DNA from: a virus
Lineage: Duplodnaviria > Caudoviricetes
Direction: 5' to 3' (one strand)
DNA length: 27,919 nt
Virus record (IMG/VR): IMGVR_UViG_3300025875_000085
Location: 1-27,919 of that record
Shown: piece after piece, positions 23,496 to 27,919 of the stretch
Numbering within the stretch: position 1 is the stretch's first letter
How the letters are laid out: each line of letters starts with the position of its first letter
Notes under the pieces: model-generated
Seen by the model: the letters and a program-made list of their open reading frames with translations, nothing else
What the model was told of the DNA's origin: nothing
Databases searched by the model: none
Position numbers and translations under genes: made by a program

Positions 23496-26096
23496 TCACC
23501 CGCCCCAATTCAAGCCCCAGCTATAGCCCCAGCCCGCTTTTAGAGCAACGAGGAAGCTGTAGCACTGCCATGACGCCAACCCGTCACGCGCGCTTTCTAG
23601 CTCTATCCTTACGCGCGAGGGCGAGCCATCGGCTGCACTCAAGTCCGCCGTATATGCCCAAGTGGTGCCTGCAATGTCAGAAACAGTGCGCAACAAGGCC
23701 CCACTCTTGGCATCGTAGATGCGAACCGTGTACGTCTGCCCAATTTCTCCGAGCACCGTTGCTTCGTCATACCCGATCAACACATCATGCTGCGTGACAC
23801 GGTTGCGCTCTGTCCAGGCCAGGGCCGGCTCGGGGTGTTCGCCGGTCAAACCGAACACGGAAGCACCGTCTACCGTGACGCCTGCGGGCGGGTAAGGGCG
23901 GGCGGGCCGGCCGGCAAGCTCGATCTCCTGCACGTCGGCCTGCTCGGGATCAAGCAAGTCCGACGACGTACGCGTGAGCACCAGGGAGTTGACCGTCTCG
24001 CCCGCGAAGTACGCCTGCCCATCAGAGACAAGATCGTCGTCGATCGTCCACAGGAGATCGCCGGCTTCATGTGCTCGGGGAATCGTGTCACCTGTCCCGC
24101 GGGCGATCGTCGCGATGCCGGCGGCCGTGTCCAGGGCGTCCAGGCGCACAAGCTCGTCGCCGATAAGCAGCCCCTGGCCCACGTTGTCCTCGTTGAACAT
24201 CACCAGGGCGGTAAGGGGAACGGCGGTGTCTAGCGGGCCGATGTCGGCCGCCAGCGTGGCGTAGCCGGTGAAAGGGCCACGGCCGCGATCGACGTAGCTG
24301 GCCTCGCCCTCTGCCTTGGTGAGCAGATCATATTCCATGCTCGTCGCGTTCGGCGCAACGGCAAGCTGGCCGATATAGGCGGTGGTCGCATCCACGGCTT
24401 CTGCTTCTGCTGCACCTTGCATCCGATAGACATCGCGATAGCTCGCTTCCACCAAGCGTTCGTCGAGCGCGGGGGTTGCGACCTTCGACGGTGCTACCCA
24501 CCCGTTATCGACGACTTCGTGGTAGGTGACGTTGGGCAGGCCGAAAACATCAATAGCACACTTGAGCTTGATCTGCCCGTTGACCATGTTGCCGTCGTCG
24601 ATCTCACCGACGCGCAGCACTACGTCCTGAAGGCCACGCGAGGGCGCGGTGATGCGGATCACCGATCCCGGCGTCACACGCCAACCACGGCGATCCAGCG
24701 TCACCGAATACTTCTTCAGGCCCGAGCCCATTGCACGCAGATCGCGGGTGACGACGCGCGCAAGCAGCCCCTTGGTGGGGATGCCCTTGTAGTCCTGATC
24801 GAGCGAAGAGATGTCGCCCTTGGCTTGGAACGATGCCAGATTCTGCGCTCGCACCTGGAAGTCGATGTTGCTTACCGGATCGCGCGACGTGCCGATCACT
24901 TCATTGTAGCTGTTGTCGCTGCTCGCGCTGTCATCATCGTCGATCGACAACAAGCCTGTCTCGAAGGTGAAGAGCGGAACGTCGGCGAGCACATAATCGT
25001 TGCGCACCAGCTTGAAGACGATCAACCCTGTCTCGCGATCGGTGTAAGTTACTGCGCCGACAAGATCGCACACCTTTTGGATGAAAACGTCGATGTCTTC
25101 CTTGCGATACCAAATCAGTGCTAGGCCGAAGCCCTCGTTGCACAACGTATTGGCCGCGTAGACGAAAGCGTTCTGATCCAGATCATCCCAAGTCAGGCCA
25201 CGCCCCCACAGCGGATCGGTGTAGCACTGGAAAACGATGTGCGAAGGGTTCATCGCATAGATTTGCTGCGCACCCTTGTTCGCGGCGAAAGTAACGGTAG
25301 TGTCGGTGTAGGTCGCGGTTGCTTTGAAAGCAGTCGAGCGCGCATTGACGTAGTTGGCAAGGTTGCGAACGCTGCGCAGTCGATCCTTGTTCGGAACGAT
25401 CTCGAAGTCCGCTGGCCCGTCATCGCTCTTCTCGACGTAGCTGATCCCGATCCCATTGACGGTCACCGTGTCACCAGACTGCACGTTGCGTGCGAAGGTG
25501 ATCGTCTGCGTGCTGTCCTCGTTGAGCGTCACCTTCAGGTCTATCGCCTGATTGCTCGTCACCGTCAGGTTGTCGCCGCCAAGAAAGATCGTCGCCTTGT
25601 CAGGATACCAAGCAACACCGCCGTACCACCCAGCCTTCGCGCGTCGCACCCGGAACGCCCACGTCTTCAGGTATGGATTCATCGCGGCCACCAAGCCGTT
25701 GAACCACACCGTCGTCACGCCGCGCATTTGTGATACCCGACCACCGATTGACGCACGCACGTCGGGGAGGCTTCGCACCACCGCGCCTTTCACGATGTTG
25801 ATGATAGTGCTGCCTAATCCGCCGCCTGCGGCTACGGTCTGCGCACCAGGCAACACCTGATCCTCGTCGCCGAGAAACACCGCAAACGGCCCCTGGACGC
25901 CGCCCTCTTTGTCGTCACCGCCGAACAGGTTGGGTGCGTCGATGTATTGCGGCGTGTCGGAGCACGCATGGCCGTTCCATGCTTCCTTGTCGCCGACCTT
26001 GATCTCCACCAACTCGTCAATCGGCCCACGGCACAAACCGGAGAGCATCGACATATAGTAGCGATAGCCTTGTGTTTGACCGCCACCCTTGCTCAT
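23496..26096 (-). CDS. tail tip / central tail fibre-hub protein
   Basis: 866 aa; GYRYYM...LCRGPIDEL.EI, P.LFGG..KEGG, MNPSHI and RPYPP..V motifs seen in GTA/YuA-type tail proteins. Confidence 0.85.
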   Translation of the reverse strand: MSKGGGQTQGYRYYMSMLSGLCRGPIDELVEIKVGDKEAWNGHACSDTPQYIDAPNLFGGDDKEGGVQGPFAVFLGDEDQVLPGAQTVAAGGGLGSTIINIVKGAVVRSLPDVRASIGGRVSQMRGVTTVWFNGLVAAMNPYLKTWAFRVRRAKAGWYGGVAWYPDKATIFLGGDNLTVTSNQAIDLKVTLNEDSTQTITFARNVQSGDTVTVNGIGISYVEKSDDGPADFEIVPNKDRLRSVRNLANYVNARSTAFKATATYTDTTVTFAANKGAQQIYAMNPSHIVFQCYTDPLWGRGLTWDDLDQNAFVYAANTLCNEGFGLALIWYRKEDIDVFIQKVCDLVGAVTYTDRETGLIVFKLVRNDYVLADVPLFTFETGLLSIDDDDSASSDNSYNEVIGTSRDPVSNIDFQVRAQNLASFQAKGDISSLDQDYKGIPTKGLLARVVTRDLRAMGSGLKKYSVTLDRRGWRVTPGSVIRITAPSRGLQDVVLRVGEIDDGNMVNGQIKLKCAIDVFGLPNVTYHEVVDNGWVAPSKVATPALDERLVEASYRDVYRMQGAAEAEAVDATTAYIGQLAVAPNATSMEYDLLTKAEGEASYVDRGRGPFTGYATLAADIGPLDTAVPLTALVMFNEDNVGQGLLIGDELVRLDALDTAAGIATIARGTGDTIPRAHEAGDLLWTIDDDLVSDGQAYFAGETVNSLVLTRTSSDLLDPEQADVQEIELAGRPARPYPPAGVTVDGASVFGLTGEHPEPALAWTERNRVTQHDVLIGYDEATVLGEIGQTYTVRIYDAKSGALLRTVSDIAGTTWAYTADLSAADGSPSRVRIELESARDGLASWQCYSFLVALKAGWGYSWGLNWGG

Positions 26097-26296
26097 TGCT
26101 CTTCCCTCGCGATCCCGACTACCCGCACCGCCCGCGGATCGCGGGTATCTAGCAGCACTTGACCGTCAATGCCATTGGTAACGAAGTCCGACCAATCCAA
26201 GCCATGCCGGGTCCAGAAGCTGCGTGCGCCGGCCGAGCATATACGGTCCTTGCGCAGATGCCGCATGTAGACACGCGGCGAAGTTACTTCCATCAC
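26093..26296 (-). CDS. small tail assembly protein
   Basis: H......CSAGARSFW.RHGLDWSDFV.NGI...L....D pattern found upstream of such tail-tip genes. Confidence 0.75.
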   Translation of the reverse strand: MMEVTSPRVYMRHLRKDRICSAGARSFWTRHGLDWSDFVTNGIDGQVLLDTRDPRAVRVVGIAREEQ

Positions 26297-26739
26297 TTCG
26301 CTTTCCTCGTATATAACGGACGGCCGGCTTCAGGAAAATCCTCACCGAGTACTACGATACGACGATAAAGGGTGTCGTATTTCAACCCTAGCCTTTCGGC
26401 CCATTGTGCTATCGTTAGCTCTTCACCGCACCAAGCCACGAAGACATTGTTGGTGCAATTGTTGGCTTGCTCTGTTTTAGTCGCCCATCGGCAATTACCA
26501 GGCTCGTAATCCCCATCGACATTATTCCGTTCTAAGCTTCGGCCTTGAGGGCAATCACCCATATCTTCATAGAACGCCGCTACGCTCTCTCGCCAGCGCT
26601 TGCAAACAGCGACGCCGCGACCACCGTAGTATTCGTAACCGATGTCGTTCTCATTATAGCAACGCGACATCATGTGCCCCCAAGCTTTATAGGCCCGAGT
26701 GCTTGATAATCCGTGAGTAGGTTCACGTCCGCGCGGCAT
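26293..26739 (-). CDS. HNH homing endonuclease
   Basis: HG......Y..W..M..RC......Y..YGGRG..VC.RW...F..DMG..P...SLER.N....YEPGNCRWAT..EQ.NN; lower GC than its neighbours. Confidence 0.85.
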   Translation of the reverse strand: MPRGREPTHGLSSTRAYKAWGHMMSRCYNENDIGYEYYGGRGVAVCKRWRESVAAFYEDMGDCPQGRSLERNNVDGDYEPGNCRWATKTEQANNCTNNVFVAWCGEELTIAQWAERLGLKYDTLYRRIVVLGEDFPEAGRPLYTRKAK

Positions 26740-26978
26740 TACTTCTTCCCTGATTTAGCCTTGATCTTCGTGGTGGAATAGTTGCCGTACCACAGCACTT
26801 GCCAGCCTTCCAGCCAACCGTCGCCGAACACAACGGCGTGCGGCGTTCCGTCTTCCACCTGGGGTACTTCGAAGTCGTCCAAGGTCGCCACCTTTGGCGG
26901 CGCGGGACGCTTCATGGTAAGCGCGGTGACAACGTAACTGGTGACTAGCGCGATGGCCGCCCATGCGAGCAATGGCAT
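26739..26978 (-). CDS. small tail assembly protein
   Basis: N-terminal hydrophobic stretch then F.VP..E.GTP..VVFG......VLWYG. Confidence 0.75.
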   Translation of the reverse strand: MPLLAWAAIALVTSYVVTALTMKRPAPPKVATLDDFEVPQVEDGTPHAVVFGDGWLEGWQVLWYGNYSTTKIKAKSGKK

Positions 26979-26987
26979 TGTGCCCTC

Positions 26988-27845
26988 CTACCAAATCGCG
27001 GTGTTGAACGGCGACTCGCCTGGCATCTTGTCGAAGCCGCCATAGTTGTCGATGTTGTCGAATTTCTCGTCGCACGTCTCGGGGGTGCGGTCACATCCGG
27101 GATACATCTTCACGGTGTCGCCGACCTTCAAGAAGTCCACAACACCGAAGATCGTGAGCACGCCGCCTACTTGTTCTTCGATGAAGCGGCGTTCAAGCGT
27201 TCCTTCATCTGAAGCAGACCAAGCGACGAAGCCACCACGCAACCATGCGTCAGCGATCACCGGAGCCGTGGCGTGTGTCGCATCCTTCAACTGGACTGTG
27301 ATCGAGTTGCCGCCGAGCGCCTTCACCTTCGCGCTGATCTCATAATCGAGCGGGTTGACCTTGCAACCGGCGTCGTAGAGGAAATGCGGGCACTCGCGCG
27401 TCCAGCACAGCCGCAAGCCGGTGCGCTTGAGAGACGCGGACAGCGGCTGGCCTATCACTTGGCACCGGGCAGGGCTCGGGCGCTTGACGTTCTGCACGAT
27501 TCCCTTCCAGTAGATCGGAGCATCATCGCTCCCCATGTGCATCCGTCGCACCGTCAGCCAAATGGTTTCGCTCGGCGGGGTGCCGCGAAAGAGCCGGACA
27601 ATCGGCAAATCGCTTGGGCCGTCCAGGGTGAAATCGTTCATCGACGACGAACCCTGGACCATGCCGCCATCGCTTACCGCCCGCGGCTCATAGGTAACGG
27701 TCGCCATGACACCAGCCACAAGCTCCTGCCGTTCGATCGGGCGATCGGCCGACGTGTAGCGCCACTCGGTTGCACCCCACTTCAGCAAGTAAAGAGCAAC
27801 CGGCCGGCTGTCTTGTGTAGAGACTTCTTGATCGTTGAACGCCAT
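26988..27845 (-). CDS. DUF2163/BR0599-family tail tip protein (lambda gpL-like, conserved Cys)
   Basis: WRYTSAD, CPHFLYDAGC and YPGCDRTPETC..KF.N..NYGGF..MP motifs. Confidence 0.85.
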   Translation of the reverse strand: MAFNDQEVSTQDSRPVALYLLKWGATEWRYTSADRPIERQELVAGVMATVTYEPRAVSDGGMVQGSSSMNDFTLDGPSDLPIVRLFRGTPPSETIWLTVRRMHMGSDDAPIYWKGIVQNVKRPSPARCQVIGQPLSASLKRTGLRLCWTRECPHFLYDAGCKVNPLDYEISAKVKALGGNSITVQLKDATHATAPVIADAWLRGGFVAWSASDEGTLERRFIEEQVGGVLTIFGVVDFLKVGDTVKMYPGCDRTPETCDEKFDNIDNYGGFDKMPGESPFNTAIW

Positions 27846-27919
27846 CACCAAGTCCAGTTAATGCTATAGGGGTAGTTACCGCCTACACTCCACCGATCGA
27901 CGACAACAGAGGGACCGTC
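27845..27919 (-). CDS. C-terminal fragment of an upstream tail protein (partial)
   Basis: Open frame DGPSVVVDRWSVGGNYPYSINWTW* ends in a TGATG overlap with the next gene. Confidence 0.5.
   Translation of the reverse strand, partial: DGPSVVVDRWSVGGNYPYSINWTW

Larger units (their letters stand above)
1192..26291. repeat. dispersed palindrome (G)GAAGTNACTTC(C), 13 exact and 6 near copies
   Basis: Exact 11-bp cores start at 1193, 3313, 4323, 6591, 7294, 9004, 9387, 10057, 13206, 15353, 20924, 23478 and 26280. One-mismatch cores start at 4013, 11872, 17031, 17374, 18878 and 22563. Confidence 0.95.

Noticed and set aside
1-27919. Prophage attachment site, integrase, terminase or capsid genes
   Set aside because: None recognisable in this window, so lifestyle and packaging mode cannot be determined here.

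Overview
A GC-rich (roughly 60-65% by eye) segment of a tailed dsDNA phage, probably a siphovirus of an alphaproteobacterial host (inferred from a GapR-like gene, CtrA-like boxes and GTA/YuA-type tail-tip genes). Left to right: the 3' end of a primase-helicase (+); a leftward operon of small genes (451-3591); a non-coding control region (3600-4500) with AATCGGTTA repeats, a lambda cos-like sequence and a 17-bp-period TTAA array; a degenerate IS1595-family element with passenger ORFs (4510-6216); a leftward cluster of small early-type genes (6221-9280); a divergent intergenic region with a second, inverted 17-bp array; a rightward accessory operon (DUF3310, cupin, MazG fusion, acyl carrier protein, GIY-YIG endonuclease, GapR-like, ParB-like, candidate structured RNA); and a leftward tail-tip and lysis module with an inserted HNH gene. 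The most striking unexplained signal is the palindrome (G)GAAGTNACTTC(C): 13 exact copies of the 11-bp core and 6 one-mismatch copies are spread across the window, in genes, on stop codons and at promoters. The phage also encodes a ParB-HTH protein next to a GapR-like protein, suggesting a phage-encoded system that binds sites across the whole genome. All family assignments come from motif recognition by eye, not from database searches.
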